From the NCBI GenBank assembly GCA_038886535.1, contig JAVZXS010000002.1:182151-246150 (forward strand): a stretch of DNA of 64,000 bases, given 5' to 3'. Both the position numbers and the translations under genes were made by a program. Source of the stretch: Candidatus Micrarchaeia archaeon. Lineage in GTDB: Archaea; Micrarchaeota; Micrarchaeia; CABMEP01. Below the pieces are notes generated by a model. That model did not search any database. It worked only from the letters and a program-made list of their open reading frames with translations, and had not been told where the DNA came from. Shown here piece after piece: positions 40,149-48,358 of the stretch (positions are counted from its first letter, which is position 1; the number at the start of each line of letters is the position of its first letter).

Positions 40149-40218
40149 GCTTTAATTATAGTGTGTTCATTTTAAATCTTTTATGGATTAAGGCTATTGA
40201 AACGATAAAAGATTTAAA

Positions 40219-40237
40219 AACTTAACAGTGTAAAGTT
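40219..40237. promoter_or_regulatory. Imperfect palindrome (putative operator) between TATA box and HTH start
   Basis: AACTT-A-ACA-G-TGT-A-AAGTT directly after TTTAAAAA and just before the ATG at 40242. Confidence 0.5.
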
Positions 40238-40241
40238 ATTT

Positions 40242-40592
40242 ATGATACCTTGCGAATTCATGGTTACTGAACTTCTCCCAACAATAAGAAAGGAAACTGT
40301 GAAGTTCCTTATTTCAAAAAATTACTCTCAAAGAGAGGTTTCAAAAATGATAGGAATTTCAGAAGCTGCAGTTTCATTATATTTGAAAAAGAAAAGAGGA
40401 TTGCATAAGAAGGAATTAGAAAAAATTATTACAGATTACATTCAAAAAAACTATGATTTAAATAGGACATTCAGCGAGAATGTTTGTAAACTTTGCAACG
40501 ATTTCAGAAAATCTGGTTATTTCTGTAAGAGCCATAGAATAATATCGGAAATACCTAAAGTAGAGTGCGAAGGTTGTTTGATAAAATCATAA
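40242..40592 (+). CDS. Cys-rich HTH transcriptional regulator heading the iscSU operon
   Basis: MIPCE...LP.IR...SQREVS..IGISEAAVS.YL.KKRG; CKLC, CKSH, CEGC. Confidence 0.85.
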   Translation: MIPCEFMVTELLPTIRKETVKFLISKNYSQREVSKMIGISEAAVSLYLKKKRGLHKKELEKIITDYIQKNYDLNRTFSENVCKLCNDFRKSGYFCKSHRIISEIPKVECEGCLIKS

Positions 40593-40607
40593 AGAAGGTG
40601 AGATTAA

Positions 40608-41780
40608 ATGAAGAGAATATATCTTGACTATGCAGCCACTACTCCAGTAAGAGATGAAGTTATTCAGGAGATGTTGCCGTATTTTAATAAGAATTTTGGT
40701 AATGCTTCTTCTCTTCATACAGATGGAAGAATTGCTGCAGACGCATTAAAAAGAGCAAGAGAGAAAATAGCAAATATAATAAACGCTTCACCAGAAGAAA
40801 TAATATTTACTTCAGGGGGAACAGAATCTGATAATCTTGCAATAAAGGGAATTGCCTATGCAAACCAAGACAAAGGAAATCACATAATAACCTCTTCAAT
40901 TGAACATCATGCTGTACTAAACACGGTAAAGGAGTTAGAAAAGGAAGGCTTTAAAGTTACTTTTCTTCCTGTTAATAAATTCGGTGAAGTAAATCCTAAA
41001 GATGTTGAAAATGCGATAACTGATAAGACAATATTAATTTCTATTATGCACGCAAATAATGAAATAGGAACAATACAGCCAGTAGAAAAGATAGGTAAGG
41101 TAGCAAGAAAGTATAATATCCCTTTTCATGTAGATGCAGTTCAGAGTTTTTGTCACATTCCCATTGATGTAAAGAAAATGAATATCTCTCTTTTATCAGT
41201 TTCATCACATAAAATAGGCGGTCCGAAAGGAGTAGGGGCACTGTATGTAAGAAAAGATTTGAAATTGAAACCTCTACTCACTGGTGGGCCGCATGAATTC
41301 AATAAAAGAGCAGGAACAGAAAATATCCCAGGAATAGTTGGTTTTGCAAAAGCAGCTGAAATCTCATCAAATGAAATGGAAAAGGAAAGTAAAAGATTGT
41401 CAAGACTTAGAGACAAACTAATCAAATCAATTCTTTCAGAAGTTCCAGGATCAAGATTAAATGGACATCCTAAGAATAGACTTCCAAACAATGTTAATTT
41501 TGGTTTTGTTGGAGTAGAAGGAGAGGCATTACTTCTCATGCTTGATTCTTTAGGAATTTCAGCTTCAACAGGGTCTGCATGTTCTTCGCATGATCTTTCT
41601 CCTTCTCATGTGTTGCTTGCATTGGATCCCGATCCAGTTAAGGCACACGGTTCTCTCAGATTAACATTAGGATACAAAACAAAGGAAGAAGAAATAGACA
41701 AAGTAATAAAGGTAATTCCTAAGATTGTTAATCAGATAAGAAAGATTACACCAAGAATAGAGGGGGTAACTACTTATTGA
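40608..41780 (+). CDS. iscS: Cysteine desulfurase IscS/NifS
   Basis: YLDYAATTP, DAVQ, SSHKIGGPKG (PLP Lys), STGSACSS (catalytic Cys). Confidence 0.96.
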   Translation: MKRIYLDYAATTPVRDEVIQEMLPYFNKNFGNASSLHTDGRIAADALKRAREKIANIINASPEEIIFTSGGTESDNLAIKGIAYANQDKGNHIITSSIEHHAVLNTVKELEKEGFKVTFLPVNKFGEVNPKDVENAITDKTILISIMHANNEIGTIQPVEKIGKVARKYNIPFHVDAVQSFCHIPIDVKKMNISLLSVSSHKIGGPKGVGALYVRKDLKLKPLLTGGPHEFNKRAGTENIPGIVGFAKAAEISSNEMEKESKRLSRLRDKLIKSILSEVPGSRLNGHPKNRLPNNVNFGFVGVEGEALLLMLDSLGISASTGSACSSHDLSPSHVLLALDPDPVKAHGSLRLTLGYKTKEEEIDKVIKVIPKIVNQIRKITPRIEGVTTY

Positions 41781-41797
41781 TATAAAATGGTGATTAT

Positions 41798-42250
41798 ATG
41801 GTAAAGAATAAGAGTACAAAAAAGAGCAAAAGAGTTGAGAAGATCAAAAGCCAGGAAATTACAAATTCATCTCTTTATACTCAAAAAGTGATGGAACATT
41901 TTATGAATCCACATAACATGGGTGAGATAAAGGACGCAGATGCAATTGGAGAGGCAGGCAATGCAGTCTGTGGAGATGTTATGTATCTTTATTTAAAGAT
42001 CAAGGATAACAGGATAAAAGATATAAAATTTAAGACATTGGGATGCGCTGCAGCCATAGCAACTAGTAGTATGGTGACGGATTTGGCGAAGGGAAAAACA
42101 CTTGAGGAAGCGATTAAGATAACAAACAAAGAAGTTGCAGAAGAACTTGGCGGTCTCCCAGCTATTAAAATGCATTGTTCTGTTCTTGCACAGCAGGCAT
42201 TAAAGAATGCAATTGAGAACTATTGGAAGAAACAGGAAAAGAAACGATAG
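41798..42250 (+). CDS. iscU: Fe-S scaffold IscU/NifU
   Basis: HFMNPHN.G, CGD, GCAAAIA, LPAIKMHCS. Confidence 0.96.
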   Translation: MVKNKSTKKSKRVEKIKSQEITNSSLYTQKVMEHFMNPHNMGEIKDADAIGEAGNAVCGDVMYLYLKIKDNRIKDIKFKTLGCAAAIATSSMVTDLAKGKTLEEAIKITNKEVAEELGGLPAIKMHCSVLAQQALKNAIENYWKKQEKKR

Positions 42251-42277
42251 AGTATGATTTAGCAAAAAATCTTATTG

Positions 42278-42402
42278 AGATCTGCAGAGTAGACTCACCT
42301 AAGTAAAGAAGGAGGAAATAAAGCTTAAGGCACTTGTCTACAATCTATGTATTCTAATGACGAAGAAATCCTATGATGAGAAAATAGGATTTCTACAAAG
42401 CC
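42278..42402 (+). mobile_element. Remnant right end of an IS5-family (IS903-like) element
   Basis: One frame reads DLQSRLT*VKKEEIKLKALVYNL...GFLQS, resembling a transposase C-terminus with an internal stop; it ends in ATTTCTACAAAGCC (reverse complement GGCTTTGTAGAAAT, like the IS903 TIR start GGCTTTGT). Confidence 0.55.
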
Positions 42403-42445
42403 CTATAAAACAAATATTTATATATTAAAATGTTGTGCTATTCTT

Positions 42446-42925
42446 ATGCAAAATCAGAATTTCAAACAAACAGATCAAAACAGTTCATTAAATTTAGGAA
42501 TTCGTTGCTATTCAAAATTTACGAAATTACTAGAAGAAGGATATATTAGTTCAGTGGATTATATAAAAAATAATCCAGCGAGAGTTTTAAAATTAGGTTC
42601 TACCACTATTCTCTTTTCATTTATGCTTGGATATGTTTTAGGAACTAAGAATGTTACTGAAAATATGGTTCGGTCTGTCAATTCCACACTTTCATCGATT
42701 GATAGACAGAATCTTAAGATTATTTCAAAATTAGAAGAGATATCTGCAATGCAAAATAGTTTGAATGAAAGAGTAAAATCTCTCGAGCAGCAATCTAAAG
42801 CTAGATTAGATACTATAGAAAATAAAATTCAGTTCCAAAAAGCATCAGAAGAAGGTCAAAAGAGAGTAGAAGAAATTAAAAAGAAAAACAATTGGAAGAA
42901 ATTGCTTCCATGGAATTGGTTTTAA
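42446..42925 (+). CDS. Hypothetical protein with one TM segment and a coiled coil
   Basis: TTILFSFMLGYVLG hydrophobic stretch, heptad-like region, aromatic C-terminus WKKLLPWNWF. Confidence 0.6.
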   Translation: MQNQNFKQTDQNSSLNLGIRCYSKFTKLLEEGYISSVDYIKNNPARVLKLGSTTILFSFMLGYVLGTKNVTENMVRSVNSTLSSIDRQNLKIISKLEEISAMQNSLNERVKSLEQQSKARLDTIENKIQFQKASEEGQKRVEEIKKKNNWKKLLPWNWF

Positions 42926-42980
42926 ATTAATATTTTTAAGTGAATAATGTATTTTTAATCTTTTTTATATATTATATTAA

Positions 42981-43087
42981 GCCCCTGTAGCTCAGCTTGG
43001 ATAGAGCGACTGTCAGACTTAACTTATTGTTTTGTCTGGTCGAACCTCCTAAGCAGTAGGTCGAGGGTTCAAATCCCTCCGGGGGCG
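42981..43087 (+). tRNA. tRNA-Arg(CCT) with 32-nt intron at non-canonical position 30/31 (43013-43044)
   Basis: Removing the intron restores stem ACTGC/GCAGT and loop CT-CCT-AA; strict BHB with central CGAC/GTCG, bulges TG|T and AA|C, outer helices CAGAC/GTCTG and GAG/CTC. Confidence 0.92.
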
Positions 43088-43154
43088 CTAAAAACCTCAT
43101 TCCCTCTAATCCAGCAGAATAAGATTACTATTTAAATATTTCCGAATATTATAA

Positions 43155-43358
43155 ATGTATGAGGCAGATATTATGGCAGAAATAAAGACAGGTATTCAGA
43201 TTCAGAAGTCAAGTCAGACTGTTTTTCAACGAAGCATAGGTACCTTAGAGCGAGGTCTAAGGACTTTTAAGTCAGTAGCAGTTGAAGGTATTTTAAAGAA
43301 AAAGAAATTTACAAAAGAAGAATTAGAGCAAGCTGAACAAGCTTGGATAAGGGGCTGA
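43155..43358 (+). CDS. Small hypothetical protein
   Basis: 67-aa ORF after a TTTAAATA box; no recognised motif. Confidence 0.45.
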   Translation: MYEADIMAEIKTGIQIQKSSQTVFQRSIGTLERGLRTFKSVAVEGILKKKKFTKEELEQAEQAWIRG

Positions 43359-43473
43359 ACGCTAATTTCCATTATATATATTCATCTAAAATTATTCCGT
43401 TTGCTTTTCCCTTTTCATGATTTTTCTAGAATATTAAATCAACATTTTTAAAATTATTGATTAAACTATTCTT

Positions 43474-44166
43474 ATGAATAAAAAAGAAAAAAGATCCCAA
43501 CATGATTTGCTTCAGATATTTCCAGGCATATTCAAAATAGACGACAAGCTAGCTACACTTAATGCATATCCAGGGAATACAGTTTATGGAGAAAGATTGA
43601 TTGATGTTGACGATAAGGAGTACAGATTATGGGATCCATTCAGATCAAAGTTTGCAGGGGCAATTAAAAAAGGTCTTAAATCAAGCGGGATAAAGAAAGG
43701 AGACTCTGTACTTTATCTTGGAGCTGCAAGTGGAACAACTTGTTCTCATATTTCAGATATTATTGGAAAAAATGGTGTTATTTATTGTGTTGAGTTTTCA
43801 GAAAGGCCTTTGAGAGATTTGATCTCTGTTTGTGAAGTAAGAGATAACATGATACCTATCCTTGGCGATGCAAGGAAACCTCATGAATACAAAAAATATA
43901 TAGAAGGCAAGGTTGATTTTATATATCAGGATGTCGCGCAACCGGATCAGATAAGAATATTTAAGCTTAATTCTGATATGTTTCTTAAAGATGGTGGAGA
44001 AGGTTTTATTTGCATAAAATCTCAATCTATAGACGTTACAAAACCATCAAAAGAAGTTTACAAAGAATCTTTGAAAGAACTTAAAAGTTATAACTTCACA
44101 ATTTTGCAAGAAGTTGAGCTTTCTCCTTATGATTTAAATCACCTTTTTGTTCATGTTAAAAAATAA
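43474..44166 (+). CDS. flpA: Fibrillarin (box C/D 2'-O-methyltransferase)
   Basis: VYGER, YR.WDP.RSK, VLYLGAASGTT.SH, DVAQPDQ. Confidence 0.96.
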   Translation: MNKKEKRSQHDLLQIFPGIFKIDDKLATLNAYPGNTVYGERLIDVDDKEYRLWDPFRSKFAGAIKKGLKSSGIKKGDSVLYLGAASGTTCSHISDIIGKNGVIYCVEFSERPLRDLISVCEVRDNMIPILGDARKPHEYKKYIEGKVDFIYQDVAQPDQIRIFKLNSDMFLKDGGEGFICIKSQSIDVTKPSKEVYKESLKELKSYNFTILQEVELSPYDLNHLFVHVKK

Positions 44167-44210
44167 TAAAAATAGATCAAAATAATAAAAACTAAAGACC
44201 TTTCTGTTTT

Positions 44211-45161
44211 TTATTCACCTTTGCATTGTTCTAGTTTTGGATACAAGTAGCAATAAGCATTGTTTATGTATGCTGGATAAATTATATACATGCAATCTAC
44301 GACAATCATTGGAGTTGTTGGTTTGCCAATGAATGTTTCTGCAAATCTTTCATCAGTTCTTAATTCTCCTTTTGGATAGTCATCATTTACACATTTCTTT
44401 ATAACATCTATGTCTCCTCCGTTCTGCTGAATGCACATTAAAAGTTCATCTTCAGAAAGGAAATCTTTCTTTTCATTGTATCTGTTTATTACGCAGGATT
44501 TGAATTCATTGAAATAGTCCTTGTCTTTTGCACATTCATAATATAAAAGTGCAGTATATGCAGGGGAATTTGCATTTTCTGATATATACTTGTATGTGTA
44601 TGTTGAAAGGATCCTGTAGTTTAGCCGTATGTCTTCATTAAATGTTTGAATGAATTTTTTAATTTCACTATCGTATTTTATTGACCATGGATCATACGGA
44701 TCAATATAAATATCAACTGTCTTTTTATCTCCAACGCTGCATCCAATTTCTTTTCCAGTTTTTCTGATTGTGGAAGGTTCTGAGGGTATGACTAGATTTT
44801 GGCTTACTTTGTTAATTGTAAAATCATTTGCATTCATCCATAAATCAATGTTTACTATTCCATCAGTCGAATAGCCGTTAATATTCAGTTTCCATACTCC
44901 ATTTTCAAGAGTTTTATTGTTTATAGTGATATTTACTATCCCATAGTAAAGGTTAAGGAAGCGAATAGCCCTGTTGTCGATAATAGCTGACGGTCCTTCG
45001 TCTCCAAATGGAATCTTGATTCCAAGAACGAATAAAGCAAAAATTAATGCTAATATTGCAAAAAATAGTAAATATGGAAAGCTTATCTTTTCTCTTACTT
45101 TCTCTTTTACTGAATGTAATACCTGCCTTATCTTTGATTTATTCTGTCTTCTTGATTTCAT
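44211..45161 (-). CDS. Membrane-anchored DsbA/thioredoxin-fold-like protein without CxxC
   Basis: N-terminal TM; DIYIDPYDPWS at the expected CxxC position; TTP cis-Pro-like motif; several structural Cys. Confidence 0.55.
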   Translation of the reverse strand: MKSRRQNKSKIRQVLHSVKEKVREKISFPYLLFFAILALIFALFVLGIKIPFGDEGPSAIIDNRAIRFLNLYYGIVNITINNKTLENGVWKLNINGYSTDGIVNIDLWMNANDFTINKVSQNLVIPSEPSTIRKTGKEIGCSVGDKKTVDIYIDPYDPWSIKYDSEIKKFIQTFNEDIRLNYRILSTYTYKYISENANSPAYTALLYYECAKDKDYFNEFKSCVINRYNEKKDFLSEDELLMCIQQNGGDIDVIKKCVNDDYPKGELRTDERFAETFIGKPTTPMIVVDCMYIIYPAYINNAYCYLYPKLEQCKGE

Positions 45162-45195
45162 TTAACCACCTTTCTATATAGCTGTCTATATAGCT

Positions 45196-45741
45196 TTATC
45201 TACATTGCGATAGAAATAAGTTCAATTCAGATTCTGAATTAAAACTTCCAATATGTATCTGAGAATTTTTCAGACATATAAACGTAGGAGTACCTTCTAA
45301 TTCAAACGAGTTCATGCAATTCATGAATTTAATCAGCTGTTCCACGTCTTCTGTGTTTATCATTCTTATATTATATTCTGTTTTCATTTTAGCTACCCAA
45401 TGGGTGTTCTTTTGCGAATAAACGCAATCATCCCCATATATGTAAATAACTGACTCATTAATTCCATATCCAGCTAGACATTCCGTCGTTGTTCTTATAG
45501 TGCTTTGCTTTATGATTATTGAAGCATTTGTGTTATTTTCAATATTAATCTGGTCCTCTTGATTCTCTGTGAATAATATAAGCAAAGATACAAATGCAAT
45601 AAACACTAATATGATTAGCACTGCAATTATTACTTTGTTTCTATTGTTTATATCTCTTATATTTCTATTTATTTCCTTATTCTTTTTCTTGCTTTCTAGT
45701 TCTTTGGCTATTTTTTTCCCATCATTTTTTTTCTTTACCAT
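45196..45741 (-). CDS. Membrane-anchored thioredoxin/glutaredoxin-like protein (CxxS)
   Basis: TM anchor; YIYGDDCVYS and GTPTFIC. Confidence 0.6.
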   Translation of the reverse strand: MVKKKNDGKKIAKELESKKKNKEINRNIRDINNRNKVIIAVLIILVFIAFVSLLILFTENQEDQINIENNTNASIIIKQSTIRTTTECLAGYGINESVIYIYGDDCVYSQKNTHWVAKMKTEYNIRMINTEDVEQLIKFMNCMNSFELEGTPTFICLKNSQIHIGSFNSESELNLFLSQCR

Positions 45742-45904
45742 AATCTAAATTAAATATAAAGGATTAAAAATTTAAAGTAAATATAATAAATAAAAATAAT
45801 AAATATCTAGAGAGATAACTATCATGGTGAGAGCAATAATTTAATATCTTTACTTCCAATATATTATTATATATTTATGGGTTTATTTATGGGTTGGGCA
45901 TTAC

Positions 45905-46016
45905 CCCACCGTAGCTCAATCTGGCAGAGCATCTCGCTGTAGTCCAGCCTGTCAGATCCTCTGGCAGTCGTTTTGTAGAAACGAGAGGGTTGCTGGTTCA
46001 AATCCGGCCGGTGGGA
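45905..46016 (+). tRNA. tRNA-Tyr(GTA) with 38-nt intron at 37/38 (45943-45980)
   Basis: C1:G72 acceptor CCCACCG/CGGTGGG, A73, stem TCTCG/CGAGA; relaxed BHB CTGT/GTAG with AA|A bulge. Confidence 0.92.
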
Positions 46017-46027
46017 TTTAAGAATGC

Positions 46028-46137
46028 GCTTGGGTGGTGTAGAACCTTGTTGCGCAAGTTCTGCGCACTTGGTGCACAGTGGTCTAGCATTGCGGCCTGT
46101 CACGCCGCCGACCCGGGTTCGAATCCCGGCCCAGGCG
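46028..46137 (+). tRNA. tRNA-Asp(GTC) with 37-nt D-loop intron at 15/16 (46043-46079)
   Basis: GCTTGGG/CCCAGGC acceptor, G73, uninterrupted anticodon arm GCGGC-CTGTCAC-GCCGC; BHB central GTGT/GCAC, bulges AG|A and AG|T, outer helix ACC/GGT. Confidence 0.9.
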
Positions 46138-46189
46138 CTTTTATATTCATTTTTATAAATAAGAACAACTGAATTAAGTTATTTGAGAC

Positions 46190-46549
46190 TTATTTTGGAC
46201 ATTCTCCTTCTGTCCAATATTCAACTTTAGGATCTTGACATGCGAAGCATTTGTTTGAGTATGTTGCTGCGCAAGGGTATCTCACACATTTTATTGATTC
46301 GTTAAACCATCCGCAAACAGGTTCATATAAAGTAATGCAAACTTCTGCATTTCTTGATTCTGGAGTACAATAATTCTTGTTTTTATAATCAAAATTATCA
46401 GAATTTTCTTTCATAATTTTATCTGCAAAGTAAATTAAAGCAGCTATTGCAATCATAGCTATTGTAAAGTAGAAAACAATTTTCATTTTTTTATTCATTT
46501 TAACTTTCGCCCCATTTTTCTTCATAAGACCACCTTCAATTACATCCAT
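46190..46549 (-). CDS. Membrane-anchored Kazal-like Cys-rich protein
   Basis: CITLYEPVCG...TYSNKC.AC.......GEC. Confidence 0.75.
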   Translation of the reverse strand: MDVIEGGLMKKNGAKVKMNKKMKIVFYFTIAMIAIAALIYFADKIMKENSDNFDYKNKNYCTPESRNAEVCITLYEPVCGWFNESIKCVRYPCAATYSNKCFACQDPKVEYWTEGECPK

Positions 46550-46554
46550 AAATG

Positions 46555-48282
46555 TTATCTTTTAGAAAACCAATCTATTAATCTCTTGAAATCCATTGCA
46601 TTTAAAACATCATTCTTTTCACACCATCCTCTTCTTGCTACTCCAACTCCATATTCCATATAATTAAGATGGTCAACCGCATGCGCATCAGTATTTATAC
46701 ATAGTTTGATCCCAATCTCCTTCGCCTTTCTTGCATACACATCGTTTAAGTCCAATCTCAGTGGGAAGCTATTTATTTCCATTGCAATGTTTTTTTCCTT
46801 GCACACTTCCATAATCTGATCCATATCAACTTCATAAGGCATTCTTTCATTTATTAGTCTTCCTGTCGGATGTCCGAGTATTCTTACATATTTATTTTCT
46901 AATGCAGTAAGAATACGGTTTGTCATTTCTGATTTTGGTGATTTGAATCTGGAGTGGACTGAAGCTATGACATAATCCAGTCTCTTCAATATATCATCAG
47001 AATAATCTAGGCTTCCATCTGGAAGTATGCTTACTTCGCTGCTGTGTAGAATTTGTATTCCTTTTATTTTCTTTCTGATTTCTTTTATAGCCTCGATCTG
47101 CTCTTGAATTCTTTTTTCATCCATCCCATTAGCAATTCTTTCTGATTTTGAATGATCCGCAATTCCAATATATTCATATCCTTTTTTCTTTGCAGCTATT
47201 ACCATTTCCTCTATTGTTCCAGTTCCTTCTGACCAATTAGTATGAACATGGAGGTCTCCTTTTATGTCTTTAACTTCTATAAGATTTGGCAATTTGTCAT
47301 CTATTGCAGCCTTTATCTCTCCTTTGTTTTCACGAAGCTCAGGTGGAATCCATTTCATTCCAAGCTTTTCATAAATCTCTTCTTCCTTTTCTCCAGCGAT
47401 CTGCTTCTCTCCTTTAAATATTCCATATTCATTTAATTTCCATCCTTTTGAAATTGCAATCTTTCTCAATTCAATATTATGCTCTTTATTGCCAGTAAAA
47501 TACTGCAAGGCTGCGCCAAAAGATTTTGACTCAATTATCCTTAGATCCACCTGAATCCTATAATCTCCTTTTTCTATGACAATCATTGATTTCTTCTCTC
47601 CCTTAGCTAGAACCTCTACAACATTAGGAAGAGAGACAAATCTATCCATTATTTCTTTTCCTTCAGCAACTTCAGCCAGTATGTCTATATCACCTATTGT
47701 TTCCACTCTTCTTCTTAAGGAGCCACCGATCTCTATTCTTTTAACTCCTTTTGTACTCTTCAATTCTTCCACTATCTCTCTGGCTATTGGAAGCGCAACT
47801 CCAAGCGGCAACCTTTCCTTTCCTTTCTTTGCAATCTCTATCGCCTTGATTATGTTTTCTTCTGTTTTTTTCCCAAATCCTTCTAATTTTGCAATTCTAC
47901 CCTCTTTTGCTGCAGCTTCCAGCTCATCTATGGAATTTATTTTTAGTTCCTTGTACAATCTTATTGCCTTTTTTGGACCCAACCCTTGGAGATCCATTAT
48001 CTCTCTTAGTCCTTTTGGTATTTTTTTCCTTAATCTTTCATATTCCTTAACCTTACCTGTAAGTATGAATTCCTCTGTTTTCTTTGCTATTGCCTCACCA
48101 ACTCCTGGAATCTCCATCAAAGCTTTTATTCCTCCTTTTTTGTACACTTCTTCTATAGGTTCAGAAAGAGTTTCTATTGCCCTTGCTGCCTTTCTATATG
48201 CAATTGGCTTCCATTTGACATCCTGCAATTCAAGTATATCTGCCATTGCATAAAATATGGATGCAATTTCTATGTTTTTCAT
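46555..48282 (-). CDS. polX: DNA polymerase X with PHP domain
   Basis: GGSLRR.VETIGDIDIL, VDLR, YFTG.KEHN, DLHVHT, NTDAH. Confidence 0.96.
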   Translation of the reverse strand: MKNIEIASIFYAMADILELQDVKWKPIAYRKAARAIETLSEPIEEVYKKGGIKALMEIPGVGEAIAKKTEEFILTGKVKEYERLRKKIPKGLREIMDLQGLGPKKAIRLYKELKINSIDELEAAAKEGRIAKLEGFGKKTEENIIKAIEIAKKGKERLPLGVALPIAREIVEELKSTKGVKRIEIGGSLRRRVETIGDIDILAEVAEGKEIMDRFVSLPNVVEVLAKGEKKSMIVIEKGDYRIQVDLRIIESKSFGAALQYFTGNKEHNIELRKIAISKGWKLNEYGIFKGEKQIAGEKEEEIYEKLGMKWIPPELRENKGEIKAAIDDKLPNLIEVKDIKGDLHVHTNWSEGTGTIEEMVIAAKKKGYEYIGIADHSKSERIANGMDEKRIQEQIEAIKEIRKKIKGIQILHSSEVSILPDGSLDYSDDILKRLDYVIASVHSRFKSPKSEMTNRILTALENKYVRILGHPTGRLINERMPYEVDMDQIMEVCKEKNIAMEINSFPLRLDLNDVYARKAKEIGIKLCINTDAHAVDHLNYMEYGVGVARRGWCEKNDVLNAMDFKRLIDWFSKR

Positions 48283-48358
48283 GAATGAGTTTTATGTTGT
48301 TGGTTTTAAATATTTTATGTTGTATATCTATTTATTCTATTTATTCAAAGTGAGAATC

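Noticed and set aside
42357..42395. ATGACGAA plus hairpin as a SECIS or box C/D RNA
   Set aside because: No in-frame TGA in iscSU and no properly spaced CTGA boxes; better explained as the end of an IS remnant.
45867..46172. ORFs 45867-46103 and 45990-46172 (also 28377-28583)
   Set aside because: They overlap tRNA genes and are spurious.
47576..48253. Long antisense ORFs (225 aa here; also 1608-2057, 3382-3873, 60035-60616)
   Set aside because: Ser/Ile/Phe-rich mirror frames of well-supported genes.
48257..48358. 34-aa N-terminal extension of ThrRS in the ORF track
   Set aside because: It overlaps the divergent polX start and the AT-rich promoter region; homology begins at ATG 48359.
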